Source: Thermoplasmatota archaeon (lineage in GTDB: Archaea; Thermoplasmatota; Penumbrarchaeia; Penumbrarchaeales; Penumbrarchaeaceae). From it: DNA of 64,000 nt. Both the position numbers and the translations under genes were made by a program. Each line of letters begins with the position of its first letter. The first letter of the stretch is position 1. The stretch is taken from contig JBLIRH010000006.1 in NCBI GenBank assembly GCA_049472215.1, positions 1,068 to 65,067 on the forward strand. Reading direction: 5' to 3'. Positions 6,950 to 17,777 of the stretch are shown in pieces. The notes beneath the pieces are model-generated. The model was not told where the DNA came from and made no database searches. It saw nothing but the letters and a program-made list of their open reading frames with translations.

Positions 6950-9163
6950 TCACTGGTCCTGCACATTAGCTGGTTTTGGTACTGAAGGTGGTGGCGGAGG
7001 AGGCGGAGGCGGCATTCCTGGAGCGGAGGGCGCCGGTTCGATCGGCACCGTTGGTTCAGGGGGCAATTCCCCTTCGATCACTTCCGTAGCCTCCGGTTCC
7101 AGATATGCAGCCGTCTCCTCAACTTTGGGTTCTTCCGGTACCTGTTCCTGGAATCCCCCGCTGGTGGGTCCCTCCGGATATTCCATGACCTGAGCGTCCT
7201 GGTGGGGTGTCATCTCGACCACCCCTTCAGGCTGGTCCGGATAGACCTCGAGGGGTGCATCCGGGGAATAGCTTCCTACATTCATATCGCTGTCGTTGGG
7301 GTCGTAGAATCCCTCGTATGACTCTTCGTGTGATACCTCACCCCCGCCGTAGCCCATGTCATAGGCACCTTCTGAGCCCACTTCAGCCGGAACGGGTGTT
7401 CCCTTCTTCTTCCGCTTCATCAGCAGAAGGACCGCCACGATCACGATGATCAACACTATCACGATGACTATTATCAATATCAGGAGCAAGGATGATCCTG
7501 CCTCTTCGTCCTTGACGTCGATCTGTCGGGTGTATGTCTCGTTCGAATAACCGTCGCTCACGGTCACGGTGAATATATATGTCCCCTTCTGGAGGTTCCT
7601 TACCGTTATGGGATTGCCTGTCATCCTCCAATCCGGGTCCTGATCGTGCGTCCAGGTATATGTAAGGGTCCCGTTCTCTGGATCCAATGCTTCCACGGAC
7701 AGCGTCACCTCCCCACCCGGTTTCACTTTCTCCTTGCTTGGGGTCAGCGAAGAGATGAACGGAGAAAGATAGAAATCCACCTTAACCGAGATCGAGACCG
7801 ATCTGGAGTTCCCAAGCTCATCCGCTATCGTGACGGTGAAAACGTAGTCTCCGGGTGCCAGGTCGGAAAGGTCCACTCGTTTTCCGGTCGACGTCCAGGT
7901 CAGGTCCTGGTCATTGGTCCAAGTATAGGTCAAGACCTCCTGATCGGGATCACTTGCATCGACGGTAAGGGAGAAATCCTCACCCTCGCTAACCGTCAGA
8001 TTGGCTGTTTTTCCTAGTATAACAGGTAAGCGGTTGTAGATCTTTGGGAAGCTGTCCTGAGTGTTTGGTATCCCATCTCCATCCATGTCATCATCGATAT
8101 TGTTGAATTCCCCGTCCCTGTCCAGGTCATTGTCGACAACTACTTCCATCGTCGATGGTACCTCATCCTGATAATCACTCGCTATCACCGTCTTCTGGAT
8201 GGTCCCCAGCTGGATATCGGTTATCGTGATCTTATACATATCAAGCACGAAATTGCCGGACAGTCCATCCTCACCAGCTTTAACCAGAGGAACAACAACT
8301 TTATCTCCAGGGTCCGAGAGAACGGCGACGGTCTCCCCTGCATCGGTCTTGTACTCGAAACCATACTGGGATGTTTTGAAATCATCTCCCCTCGTTGGGC
8401 TAAATAGCGTCACTCCGCCATAATCGACCTCAAGGTCGCAAGTCGGTGTCTTGAGAACAATGATGAGGTAGACATCCCCGTTCCATGCATTGATGTAGGG
8501 ATAAGGGTAAGGATCGAAAGATGTTAGAGGTGCGCCGGGATCCTCTGTCTTCAGGTCACCCACCTTCAGATCGATCGAACCCACTCCCATCTTCATGCCG
8601 GATTGGGAGGGGGCGTTGAACGGAACGGTAAGGGTGATCCCCTCGCTCAGATCGAATATGGGGTTATCTCCATCGTCATAATCTTCTATGAAATCCAGAG
8701 CATCATCGATGTTTCCTGCCGTGTCGTAGTAGGGATTCTCTCCACCTGCCTGGCCGGTGAAATCGTCCTGCGCCTCGAAGGTTATAGTATCGGTACCTTT
8801 GCCGCTGTAGCTCCATTCATGCTCTGCGGTATCGAGATACCATTCGTATTCCGCGTCACCGATCTGGGCTTCAGGTATCTTCACCTCTATGGTATCGATA
8901 TCGTTATCTGGATCAAGGTTGAAGACCTCGAACTTGAGTACGGCGGGGCGTCCTTTTCCTAGGATCAACAACCCTTCGGGAATGGATGGGTCCTGAAAAT
9001 GACCCTGGTCCATTATGATCCTCGAGTTGATATCCTCGGGGAGAAATGAATCTCCGAACTCCTGGTGGGGCTTATCGAGGATGGCGATCGTAACGAACGT
9101 TCCAAAAAAGATCAAAGCCGCAGTCAATACTGTCAGCCTATCTCGGACTTTTTTGTCGAGCAA
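6950..9163 (-). CDS. Cell-surface protein with TSP3-like Ca-binding repeats, two PKD-like domains, a C-terminal TM anchor and an acidic/Pro-rich tail
   Basis: 737 aa. N-terminal TM/signal anchor, DNDLDRDGEFNNIDDDMDGDGIPNTQD, two repeats LTYTWT(N/H)DQD...Y(V/I)FTVT(I/V), the TM segment LLLILIIVIVIVLIIVIVAVLLLM, and a PPPPPPPPP run near the C-terminus. Confidence 0.8.
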   Translation of the reverse strand: MLDKKVRDRLTVLTAALIFFGTFVTIAILDKPHQEFGDSFLPEDINSRIIMDQGHFQDPSIPEGLLILGKGRPAVLKFEVFNLDPDNDIDTIEVKIPEAQIGDAEYEWYLDTAEHEWSYSGKGTDTITFEAQDDFTGQAGGENPYYDTAGNIDDALDFIEDYDDGDNPIFDLSEGITLTVPFNAPSQSGMKMGVGSIDLKVGDLKTEDPGAPLTSFDPYPYPYINAWNGDVYLIIVLKTPTCDLEVDYGGVTLFSPTRGDDFKTSQYGFEYKTDAGETVAVLSDPGDKVVVPLVKAGEDGLSGNFVLDMYKITITDIQLGTIQKTVIASDYQDEVPSTMEVVVDNDLDRDGEFNNIDDDMDGDGIPNTQDSFPKIYNRLPVILGKTANLTVSEGEDFSLTVDASDPDQEVLTYTWTNDQDLTWTSTGKRVDLSDLAPGDYVFTVTIADELGNSRSVSISVKVDFYLSPFISSLTPSKEKVKPGGEVTLSVEALDPENGTLTYTWTHDQDPDWRMTGNPITVRNLQKGTYIFTVTVSDGYSNETYTRQIDVKDEEAGSSLLLILIIVIVIVLIIVIVAVLLLMKRKKKGTPVPAEVGSEGAYDMGYGGGEVSHEESYEGFYDPNDSDMNVGSYSPDAPLEVYPDQPEGVVEMTPHQDAQVMEYPEGPTSGGFQEQVPEEPKVEETAAYLEPEATEVIEGELPPEPTVPIEPAPSAPGMPPPPPPPPPSVPKPANVQDQ

Positions 9164-9411
9164 AAACTCATCTCCAGAATCTCCCTCGATGGAGATATTG
9201 GGATAATACGAATAAGGGCCTACTTAAAGCTTTGTAAATGGCAAATGGACGTGCAAGATTATTATCGAACGATCCATGCAAAATATGCCCACTGTCTGGG
9301 CGGCTATGATCTGCCCCCTTAACCGACGTTAGAGGTGGATATTTCGAACCTATGGGGCTGAACTACCCATAATCTCAGAAAACAAGATTAGCCAATAGGA
9401 CCATCCCAGTA

Positions 9412-10353
9412 ATGATGGTCGAAAAGAGGAGAACTTCTGCAGGATCAGGCCCCAGCATATCGGTCATCATTCCCGTTCACAATGGCGAAAGAACGATCGA
9501 AAGATGTCTTCTCTCGGTATTGGACCAGACGATGGTTGATTTCGAGGTAGTGGTTGTGGACAATGCATCAACGGATTCAACTAAGGATGTGATCCTCTCA
9601 TTATCGAGAAAGAACCCCAGGATCAAATATGCATACGAGGGAAGAAAGGGGAGAGGACACGCCAGGGCGAAAGGTATCGAATCCTCTACCGGAGAGATAC
9701 TTACCTGGACAGACGCTGACTGCGAGGTCCCACGTGATTGGTTGGAAAGATTGCTTGCACCCATGATCGAAGGTAAGGAAAAGATCGTACAAGGAAACGA
9801 AGACACAATTAGGTCAGGATTCTGGTCCGCCCGTGCACAGAAGGCAGGACAGAGACATATGGACAGCCAGGTCAGGGAGCCCCCGTATATCGACCATCTC
9901 GACACCAAGAACTTTGGGATAAGAAAGGACCTGCTGGTCGAGATCGGAGGATTTGACAGGAGGCTCAAAGCCCTTGAGGATTTTGAGCTCAAGATCAGGT
10001 TGAAAAAGGCAGGAAATAAGTTCTTTTATATTAGGGATCTAAGGGTCAAACACCATCATCGGGAGACCTTCAGGGAACTATTCCGCTCGAGGTTCGAACA
10101 GGGTTTCTGGGCAGCCGTGATATTCTACCTTCACAGGGACTTCTTCGATTCCGAAAATGGAAGGGACAATACCATCAAATCGATGTACATCCTGGACATG
10201 TTAATGTTCCCCCTTCATCTGGGGGTCTTCCTCTTCAGAAACGGCCCCAGAGAGTGGATCTTCGAGGCATTCACGGGGTATATATGGAGGATGGGGAACC
10301 TCAAAGGGAGGTTCTGCTGGAGAAGATATCTGGAGGAGACATCGGATGGCTGA
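9412..10353 (+). CDS. Glycosyltransferase family 2
   Basis: ISVIIPVHNGERTIERCLLSVLDQT...VVVVDNASTDST is a typical GT2 N-terminus. It has a DAD motif and shares the DCEVPRDW motif with the two other GT2 paralogs. Confidence 0.85.
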   Translation: MMVEKRRTSAGSGPSISVIIPVHNGERTIERCLLSVLDQTMVDFEVVVVDNASTDSTKDVILSLSRKNPRIKYAYEGRKGRGHARAKGIESSTGEILTWTDADCEVPRDWLERLLAPMIEGKEKIVQGNEDTIRSGFWSARAQKAGQRHMDSQVREPPYIDHLDTKNFGIRKDLLVEIGGFDRRLKALEDFELKIRLKKAGNKFFYIRDLRVKHHHRETFRELFRSRFEQGFWAAVIFYLHRDFFDSENGRDNTIKSMYILDMLMFPLHLGVFLFRNGPREWIFEAFTGYIWRMGNLKGRFCWRRYLEETSDG

Positions 10354-11374
10354 AGCGGTGCTGGCCACTTTGGCTGACAGCAGATTCGTCCAGCAAGCAA
10401 AGCAGGTTTTCTCCAGTGTGTATCATAATACGGGATGGGATGGCGATTATCTTCTGCTCTCCCATGAAATTCCGGACGGAGAGCTCGATTGGTTCTCCTC
10501 GCGCGGGATCGAGATATTCCAGTGCCGTCCTTTGACCGATGTCAACATCGGGATATGGCCTCCAACCCTGCTATCCAAATTCTATCTCTTCACAGCAAAG
10601 TTCAGAAATTGGGATAGGGTCGTTTACCTGGACGGGGATGTGACGGCAGAGGCTTACCTGGGTGAATTGGGAAAACCAGCTGGTTTCAGAGCAGTACCCG
10701 ATGTCCACCATATCCCGGTAAAGGAGCAGTTCATCGATCCCTTGAAGGTTAAAAGGGACCGGGATGCAAATAGAACATTGAAAATGCTGGAGGAAACTTA
10801 CGATACGGGAGCCCTGTCATTCAACGTCGGAGTGTTCTCCTTCTCCACCGATATCATCAAGGACGATACGTTCCGGAAGCTGATGGATCTGTTCGACCTT
10901 TTTCGGGGTGTTTTGAGATTTCCGGAACAGGCCATCATGAACCTTCACTTTCTGAACGATTGGACAGAACTCCCCCTTGTCTATAATAATTATTACACAA
11001 GGATCAGGCGTCCATGGAAGTTCGGGTCGGTCCCATTCGATGGTATCTGCAACCACTTCATAAATGAAAAACCATGGATCGTCAAGGATGATCATTTCTA
11101 TCCCAAATGGAAGATGAACCTCGACCGCGCAGGGTCCGTTGATCTGAAAAACAGGTTGCCTCCATCATCGATATGGGACGAGAAGGAGATATCGAAAAGG
11201 ACCGCCATGGTCGACAACCTCATGGTCCATAGATCATTGATCACGAGAACGGGGAACGATTTGATCATGGGAGCCGAGGGGATCGCAGGAATGGCCGGAA
11301 AGATGATCCGAAAGGTCTCCCCGGGCTTTTATAAAAAGATCAAAGGCAACCATGGAGCAGGTGAGGGAAGATGA
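10346..11374 (+). CDS. Glycosyltransferase family 8-like (LgtC/glycogenin-type)
   Basis: LATLADSRFVQQAKQVFSSVYHN..., a YLDGDV (DxD) motif and FNVGVFSF. The start overlaps the upstream stop. It is a tandem paralog of the next gene. Confidence 0.7.
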   Translation: MAEAVLATLADSRFVQQAKQVFSSVYHNTGWDGDYLLLSHEIPDGELDWFSSRGIEIFQCRPLTDVNIGIWPPTLLSKFYLFTAKFRNWDRVVYLDGDVTAEAYLGELGKPAGFRAVPDVHHIPVKEQFIDPLKVKRDRDANRTLKMLEETYDTGALSFNVGVFSFSTDIIKDDTFRKLMDLFDLFRGVLRFPEQAIMNLHFLNDWTELPLVYNNYYTRIRRPWKFGSVPFDGICNHFINEKPWIVKDDHFYPKWKMNLDRAGSVDLKNRLPPSSIWDEKEISKRTAMVDNLMVHRSLITRTGNDLIMGAEGIAGMAGKMIRKVSPGFYKKIKGNHGAGEGR

Positions 11375-12372
11375 AGAACGACCTCATCGTGACCCTAGCC
11401 GACAGCAACTATTTCGACCAGGCAAGGCAGGTTCTCTCCTCCGCATACCATAATTCAGGTTGGAAGGGAGACTACATGGTACTTGCTATAAAGATGAACA
11501 AGGGACAAAAGGAGTGGTTCGAGGGTAAAGGGATCATCGTCAATGAGATCGATGATATCTCCGACAAAGACCTTCCACATCATCCGACGACGGTCCTTGG
11601 GAAGTTCGCACTGTTCGGACCTGGTATGGACAGATGGAACAGGATAATCTATCTGGATGCTGATACGAGCGTGACAGCTAGTCTTGACCATATGCTTGAC
11701 CTGAAGGGGTTCTGGGCAGCTGTCGATTTCCACGAAATGAAGCTATTGGGGCAGTTCAAGACACCAGGGGAGTTCGGAAACGCACAACAGGAGGGTCGGG
11801 AATATGATACCCTCAGATCGAACTACGATCTGACCACGGTAACGTTCAACTCGGGAGTGATGGCATTCGACGGTGAAATGACAGGGGAGGCGCAGTACGA
11901 TCGCCTGATGGACCTATATGAACGCTACAAGACGATAACCCTCCATGACCAGAGCACCCTGAACCTTCTCTTTTATGATCGTTGGAACAGGCTCCCCTTG
12001 GCCTTTAACAACTATTTTCTTTATAGAAGGAACAGAAGATCCATCAGGTTCCACAAATGCGACGGGATCGTCAACCATTATATCCTGGATAGGATCTGGA
12101 AGACCGGGAACAAGGACTACTTTCCGGTATGGAAGAAATACCTGGAACTGTCAGAGAGCATGGACCTTGACAGGAGACCCGGGCCCTCCGAGACCTGGGA
12201 TGAAATTAGGATAGAGAAGGTTTCCAGGGAACTTGAGATGAGCTCCATCAGAAAGGATACGCTGGGTGGCAAGGTCCTTCTGGCAGCCACGGCAATGGAC
12301 CGGGCTTTCGGAAAGGTCGGGGAAATGATCAAAGCTAGGAGTCCACGAATTTACAAAATGATCCGGGGATGA
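11371..12372 (+). CDS. Glycosyltransferase family 8-like, tandem paralog
   Basis: IVTLADSNYFDQARQVLSSAYHN..., YLDADT (DxD) and FNSGVMAF. It has an ATGA overlap with the upstream gene. It is collinear with the 10346-11374 product, including the C-terminal SP.IYK.I.G tail. Confidence 0.7.
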   Translation: MKNDLIVTLADSNYFDQARQVLSSAYHNSGWKGDYMVLAIKMNKGQKEWFEGKGIIVNEIDDISDKDLPHHPTTVLGKFALFGPGMDRWNRIIYLDADTSVTASLDHMLDLKGFWAAVDFHEMKLLGQFKTPGEFGNAQQEGREYDTLRSNYDLTTVTFNSGVMAFDGEMTGEAQYDRLMDLYERYKTITLHDQSTLNLLFYDRWNRLPLAFNNYFLYRRNRRSIRFHKCDGIVNHYILDRIWKTGNKDYFPVWKKYLELSESMDLDRRPGPSETWDEIRIEKVSRELEMSSIRKDTLGGKVLLAATAMDRAFGKVGEMIKARSPRIYKMIRG

Positions 12373-12373
12373 T

Positions 12374-13627
12374 TCATCCTTGGACGGCATCGATGAAGAT
12401 CCTTTCGAGTTTCTTTGCCTCTTTATCAGTGGAGAAATCCCGAATTATCGTTCTTCTCCCATTCTTTCCCAGAAATGATCTCAAGGCGGGGTCCTCCATC
12501 AGTTCGATCAATGACTCTGCAAGCTCCCTATGGTCCCTGGGCTCCACCAGGATCCCGTTCTCGCCATTCTTGATTAGCTCACCCATCCCGGGCATATTCG
12601 TGGTCAGAACGGGGATCTCCATGGCCATTGCTTCCTTGATGACGTTAGGCAGCATATCCATATCTTTATCACTTGCGACAACCGAAGGCAGACAGAATAC
12701 CATCGTATCGCTTAGTTCCGATAGGATCTCTTCCTGGGTCAGATCAGATCTTAAGGTCGACCTGTCCGAGAGACCCAGATCCTCGAGCATCCTTCGGTAT
12801 TTCGCTTCGAGCGGCCCCTCTCCGATGAGTAGGAACTCGAGGTCCCGATAGCCCTTTTTGTCCATGATCGACAATGCTTCTATCAGGTATTCGATCCCCT
12901 TTTTCTCTATGAACCTGCCGATGGTCGTGATCTTTCTCCTCTTTTCCGCTTTCACTGGTTTGAACTTTTCCGGATCTATGGAGCTCCTGACGAGTTTGAT
13001 GTCCCCGATGCCAAGATTTCTTTTTATGTAAGATATATTGTAATTGGAGATCGTGATGACCGCAGAGGAACTCTCGATGATCTCCTGGCATTTCTTCATA
13101 TCCTTCATTTCGCCAGCGTGGTAGATTTCCCTTGCCCTCATCGATATGGTGTACGGGACCTTTTTCATCCGGGAGATCAGATAGGCCTTCGTGAGGTTCT
13201 TGCTGTTCGAAAAAGGGCTGTGGACTATATCCACATCCAGGTCTCTTATCTGGAGCAGGCTCAGATAGATATCCATAATCATCCAGGGGTCTTTAACATA
13301 TCTGCGGATCTCCCGCATGAGGCCAGTTGTTAATATTGGGTGTTTCACGAATTCCCAGGAGGCCTTGAACATGAAATCGACCGATTTCTCCAGTCCCCTT
13401 CTGTATTCTCTCCTGGGAGCTATAGTTCTGTCGACGAGGCCGTATTCGATCGCATCCTGATGCGCCTTGTCAGTCCTTTTCCTATCTGCTACTATATGGA
13501 TCTCATGGCCCATCCTGACAAGTTCCACCATCTCGTTGAGGATGAATGCCTCGGATGATGTCTTAGGAAAACTTCCCAAAACGTACAGGATATTCAAATT
13601 GTTCACTTCCGTACTCCAACATCTCAT
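12374..13627 (-). CDS. Glycosyltransferase family 4 (GT-B, group 1)
   Basis: ILYVLGSFPKTSSEAFILNE N-terminus and a C-terminal LPNVIKEAMAMEIPVLTT...GENGILV motif region. It overlaps the upstream paralog by 4 nt. Confidence 0.85.
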   Translation of the reverse strand: MRCWSTEVNNLNILYVLGSFPKTSSEAFILNEMVELVRMGHEIHIVADRKRTDKAHQDAIEYGLVDRTIAPRREYRRGLEKSVDFMFKASWEFVKHPILTTGLMREIRRYVKDPWMIMDIYLSLLQIRDLDVDIVHSPFSNSKNLTKAYLISRMKKVPYTISMRAREIYHAGEMKDMKKCQEIIESSSAVITISNYNISYIKRNLGIGDIKLVRSSIDPEKFKPVKAEKRRKITTIGRFIEKKGIEYLIEALSIMDKKGYRDLEFLLIGEGPLEAKYRRMLEDLGLSDRSTLRSDLTQEEILSELSDTMVFCLPSVVASDKDMDMLPNVIKEAMAMEIPVLTTNMPGMGELIKNGENGILVEPRDHRELAESLIELMEDPALRSFLGKNGRRTIIRDFSTDKEAKKLERIFIDAVQG

Positions 13628-14931
13628 TCGTTCGTTCTTGACGGGTCATTTACCACACTTTCAAAGAAATCGACCAGCTTCTGTACTTCTATCCTGATGT
13701 TGAAATCCTCAATCACCTTCTTCCTTCCCTCCTGCCCCATCTTCCTGCCCATTCCGGGATCGTCGATCAGCTTCTGGATGGCATCCGCGATAGCCCCTGC
13801 ATCCTTCGGTGCGACCAAAATGCCGGAGATCCCATCCTCCACGAGCTCCTCGATCCCGGATATATCGGATGTAATGACGGGGATCTCCATCGCCATTGCC
13901 TCTTTCAAGGAATTGGGTAGGATGTCCCTGTCACCGCTCCTAGTGACAACGGAGGGAAGAACGAAGATATCCGCCTTCATCAGTTCTTTTGTCACTTCCT
14001 CCTGAGTGATCATCTCCTTTAAACGGACGTTCTCTCCTATTCCCAGTTCCCGCACCTTTTTCAGGTATGATTTTATCATAGGACCGTTGCCGATCAGGGT
14101 AAGTCCGAAGTCCGTTCCTCTTTTCTTGAGCATTTGACAGGCCTTTAGCAGGTATTTTAGACCCTTCTTTTCAACGAACCGCCCTACATATATCAAATTG
14201 GCCATACCATCTGCTCCATTGCTTCTGGCCGTAGGTTTGAACTTGTCGATATTGATCGCACTGTGAATTACCACTGAATCCTTTCCGAACCTTTCTTTAA
14301 TCACCTTCTGATTTTTCTCTGATATAGTGACGATCCCGGCTGTTTTTTGAAGGATCTTCCTCTTCCTTCTCATATACCCGTCGGATCGTTCCTCATAAAG
14401 GTCAAGGGCCCTGAACATCACCGTGAAGGGACATCCGAACTTCATCGAAATGAACTCTGCCTGGTTGAGGTGGTTCAGGTGCGAGAACTGGACATGGACA
14501 AGGTCCGGTCTCACGGTGATCTTTCTGGAACTCAGATAGGTATCCGAGATCCAGAAGATATTGTTGTGTGTCTTCAACAAGGATAGAATTGTACGGGAGG
14601 TTTCTACGGGATCCCTCAACATGTCCCAGAGTGTCTTGAATAGGAAATCTGCAGTTTTCAAAGCACCAAGAAGGATGACAGCGGGTAAGGAAGAATGGTT
14701 CACCGGATAATCCTTGAACAGTCTGGACCTGAGGATACTGTAATTCCTGAAATTGATCGTATCCTCGAGAAGTGAGTTGTCCAGGACATCTTTACTGTAT
14801 TTTCCGATCTCTCTGTCTCCAGCTAAGATGGTGATAGCATGCCCCTTCTTCTTGACCTCGACGACCTCGTTCAGGATGCATGCTTCGCTGGATATCCTGG
14901 GGAATGTGCCCAACAGGTACAGGATCCTCAT
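13624..14931 (-). CDS. Glycosyltransferase family 4 (GT-B, group 1), tandem paralog
   Basis: MRILYLLGTFPRISSEACILNE... and LPNSLKEAMAMEIPVITS...DGISGILV. It is collinear with the 12374-13627 product. Confidence 0.85.
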   Translation of the reverse strand: MRILYLLGTFPRISSEACILNEVVEVKKKGHAITILAGDREIGKYSKDVLDNSLLEDTINFRNYSILRSRLFKDYPVNHSSLPAVILLGALKTADFLFKTLWDMLRDPVETSRTILSLLKTHNNIFWISDTYLSSRKITVRPDLVHVQFSHLNHLNQAEFISMKFGCPFTVMFRALDLYEERSDGYMRRKRKILQKTAGIVTISEKNQKVIKERFGKDSVVIHSAINIDKFKPTARSNGADGMANLIYVGRFVEKKGLKYLLKACQMLKKRGTDFGLTLIGNGPMIKSYLKKVRELGIGENVRLKEMITQEEVTKELMKADIFVLPSVVTRSGDRDILPNSLKEAMAMEIPVITSDISGIEELVEDGISGILVAPKDAGAIADAIQKLIDDPGMGRKMGQEGRKKVIEDFNIRIEVQKLVDFFESVVNDPSRTNE

Positions 14932-15087
14932 CCGTTTCCTCCACCCTGCAAGGTGTTCCTTGCATATGCAGACTTCGATACACCAATGGGTGATGGATCG
15001 ACTTTGCGGGCTCTATTTTCGACCGGAAAGTGCAATATCCATTATCCAGCAGGTATAAATAATGACAAATAAATCATATTTCATAAC

Positions 15088-15843
15088 ATGAATTTAAAAA
15101 GAATAATCGGAACTAGCTATTCCCTCGGGGTATCCCATTTCAAGCTACGCAACGAGGGCAGTTATTTCGGTATCATTTGGTACCTCCTGAATCCGATCCT
15201 GATGTTCATCCTCCTCCTCGCCATTTTCTCGAAAAGTCTCGGAAGCGATATCGATAACTATCCGCTTTACCTGCTTCTCGGGATAATAATGTTCAATTTC
15301 TTCCAGGCTGTCACAGCGGAATCCACCAGGGTCATCAGGCGGGACAGGGGCATTCTTAGGTCAATCAGATTTCCACAGGAATCCCTCATCGGCTCCACAG
15401 TGCTGGTCGCTGTTTTCTCACATATCTTCGAGGTGATGATCCTGGTTGTCTTCCTCCTGATATTCAGACTGCCGATCATCGGCCTCCTGTTCTATCCCCT
15501 GATCATGGTACTTTTCAGCCTGTTCTCCCTCGGGGTCTCGCTTGTACTTTCCTCCATAGCCGTCTATATCGTGGACCTGGATAACCTTTGGATGTTCGGG
15601 ACCAAGCTGCTCTGGTTTGCAACCCCCATCTTCTATGAGGTCGAAGCCCCCCAGACACTTTACTATCTGAACCTCTTCAATCCTCTCTACTATTTCATCA
15701 CCCTCTCAAGGTATATCGTCGTGAACACGGAACTTCCTCCGCTATGGATCATTATCGGGACCCTCGATTTTACTCTCCTCTCATTGATGTTCGGGTTGGT
15801 GGTGTTCAGATCTAAAAGTAAGAAGTTTGCCGAGTTGGTCTGA
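15088..15843 (+). CDS. ABC-2 type polysaccharide/teichoic-acid exporter permease (Wzm/TagG-like)
   Basis: 251 aa with about 6 TM helices and a typical ABC-2 N-terminal region (YFGIIWYLLNPILMFI). The stop overlaps the start of the ATPase gene. Confidence 0.8.
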   Translation: MNLKRIIGTSYSLGVSHFKLRNEGSYFGIIWYLLNPILMFILLLAIFSKSLGSDIDNYPLYLLLGIIMFNFFQAVTAESTRVIRRDRGILRSIRFPQESLIGSTVLVAVFSHIFEVMILVVFLLIFRLPIIGLLFYPLIMVLFSLFSLGVSLVLSSIAVYIVDLDNLWMFGTKLLWFATPIFYEVEAPQTLYYLNLFNPLYYFITLSRYIVVNTELPPLWIIIGTLDFTLLSLMFGLVVFRSKSKKFAELV

Positions 15844-16691
15844 TGCATAGGGTTATAATGAAGAACGTGACAAAGGACTTCAAGATCGGTTCCCAGAAGA
15901 ACCAGGGAGCCCTTTCAAGGGTACTCTCTATGATCTCTGGCAAGGAGCACAGGGAGAAGATCACCGTTCTGAAGAACGTGTCCTTCGATATCCAAGGCGG
16001 GGAATGTGTTGGTCTGATCGGCGACAACGGTGCGGGAAAGAGCACCCTGATGAGAATGATGGCCGGAATATATCCCATCACCAAGGGAAAGATCAGGATC
16101 AAGGGCAACATCGTTCCGATCATAGGGCTTGGAAGTGGTTTTCAGATAAGATTGACGATGAAGGACAACATCTATCTTGTAGGGTCCCTGTTCAACATGA
16201 GTAGAATGTCCATCAAGGAGAATTTTAACTCCATTGTCTCCTTCGCCGAGCTTGAGGATTACGTATACACAAAATTGTTCCAGTTCTCCGAGGGGATGAG
16301 ACAGAGACTGGCATTCTCCATCGCTGTTCACGCGAAACCCGAGGTCCTTCTTCTTGACGAGGTCTTCGAGATAGGGGACCAGAGGTTCAGGAAAAAAAGT
16401 TCGGAAAAAATTAAGGAACTGATCCAGAATGGGACGCTGGTCCTCCTTGTCAGCCATGAACTATGGATGATCAGGAAACACTGCGAAAGGGTCATATGGC
16501 TCAAGAACGGAAGGGTGTACAGGGACGGGCCGACAACGGAGGTCCTGAAAGAATATACAAGCACCGACGGTCAGGCCAAGAACACGATCCCTGGGAAAGA
16601 GAGTACCAAGACACCAAAGCCCAGGCATGCACCCCAACCACCCTTAAATAAAATGGAGAAAGAACGGCCAGTAAGGAAAAAATACCGGTAA
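15843..16691 (+). CDS. ABC exporter ATP-binding protein (Wzt/TagH-like) with a Lys/Pro-rich C-terminal tail
   Basis: Walker A GDNGAGKST, signature-like FSEGMRQRLAFS, Walker B VLLLDEV, H-loop VSHE. The tail is KTPKPRHAPQPPLNKMEKERPVRKKYR. Confidence 0.85.
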   Translation: MHRVIMKNVTKDFKIGSQKNQGALSRVLSMISGKEHREKITVLKNVSFDIQGGECVGLIGDNGAGKSTLMRMMAGIYPITKGKIRIKGNIVPIIGLGSGFQIRLTMKDNIYLVGSLFNMSRMSIKENFNSIVSFAELEDYVYTKLFQFSEGMRQRLAFSIAVHAKPEVLLLDEVFEIGDQRFRKKSSEKIKELIQNGTLVLLVSHELWMIRKHCERVIWLKNGRVYRDGPTTEVLKEYTSTDGQAKNTIPGKESTKTPKPRHAPQPPLNKMEKERPVRKKYR

Positions 16692-17777
16692 CTATGTCCG
16701 ATCTATCATGTCCCGGATCCTCTTGACGAACATCGAGGTGTCGAACTCGCCCGCTCTTTTCTGACAGTCATTTCTGTATCGATCGGGATCGGACCCGATC
16801 TCCTTGACAGCCGTGCAGATCTTCCGGGGATCGATGTCGTCTATCAAACGGCCAGTGATCCCGTCGACAACGGTCTCCCTGTAGCCCCCCTCTTTCGGAG
16901 CTATGACCGGTTTGCCGGATGCCATTGCCTCGACGGGGGTCATTCCGAAATCCTCGTCCTTGGAAGTGGTGATGAAACCCTTGCATGTGGAATACAGTTC
17001 CAGGAGGTCCTTCTGACTGACCCAGTTCAGGATCTTGACGTTCTCAGGGCGGAGACCCTCTATATAGGCCGCATATTCCTGGAAATGTCTGGACCTCTCA
17101 TAGCACCCAACGATGACGAGTTTCTCCTCGGGCATGGACGCAAAAGCCTTCATCTGCATATCAACCCGCTTGTGGCTGATCAGGCGATTGACGGATAACC
17201 AGAAATCGCCATTTTCACGATAGGAGAACCTGGAGGTCTCGATAGGCGGGTATATCACCTCTCCCTCCCTGCCAAGATATCTCTTCAGTCTGGACTGGGT
17301 GTTTTTGGAATTGCACGCGATCTTCTGGACATGCTTGAGATACTTCCTGTTAAGGTGCCTGTTCACTTTCACCCAGATATCGAACAGGGGTCTTTGAATG
17401 GGAGGAATATTGTTCTGTCTCGTGAACTCGTAGAGGTCCCATATCTCTCGAATGGGTGAATGGACATACCAGAGGTTCGGCTTGTTCTTCACTGCGCCGG
17501 ACATGGACCAGTCCCCTTCCATGATGTAGAAATCATAATCATTCTTAAGGTTCAGCATTCTGAACTTCAAAAGGGCCATTTGCTGCCTGTATGGAGCGTT
17601 TATCGGGATCTTCCCTATGGATATCAGGTTCAGTCCTTTGAACCCCATCTTCTCTATCCTTTCTTCATCGATGTTCGTTGTGATTATATCGGCATTAAGT
17701 TCTCTCGCGAGGGTTAGACCGACAACTTCAGCTCCACCAATATTATCCATGTAGTTGTGGAAGATCGCTATCTTCAT
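16692..17777 (-). CDS. Glycosyltransferase family 4 (GT-B)
   Basis: The ORF track starts at 17870. I prefer the internal ATG at 17777 (MKIAIFHNYMDNIGGAEVV), which gives a typical GT4 N-terminus. An E-x7-E motif (EDFGMTPVE) is followed by AMASGKPVIA. Confidence 0.8.
   Translation of the reverse strand: MKIAIFHNYMDNIGGAEVVGLTLARELNADIITTNIDEERIEKMGFKGLNLISIGKIPINAPYRQQMALLKFRMLNLKNDYDFYIMEGDWSMSGAVKNKPNLWYVHSPIREIWDLYEFTRQNNIPPIQRPLFDIWVKVNRHLNRKYLKHVQKIACNSKNTQSRLKRYLGREGEVIYPPIETSRFSYRENGDFWLSVNRLISHKRVDMQMKAFASMPEEKLVIVGCYERSRHFQEYAAYIEGLRPENVKILNWVSQKDLLELYSTCKGFITTSKDEDFGMTPVEAMASGKPVIAPKEGGYRETVVDGITGRLIDDIDPRKICTAVKEIGSDPDRYRNDCQKRAGEFDTSMFVKRIRDMIDRT

Noticed and set aside
12369-12851. 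160-aa plus-strand ORF following GT8b
   Set aside because: It is antisense to the GT4 gene 12374-13627 and gives a Ser-rich low-complexity translation.
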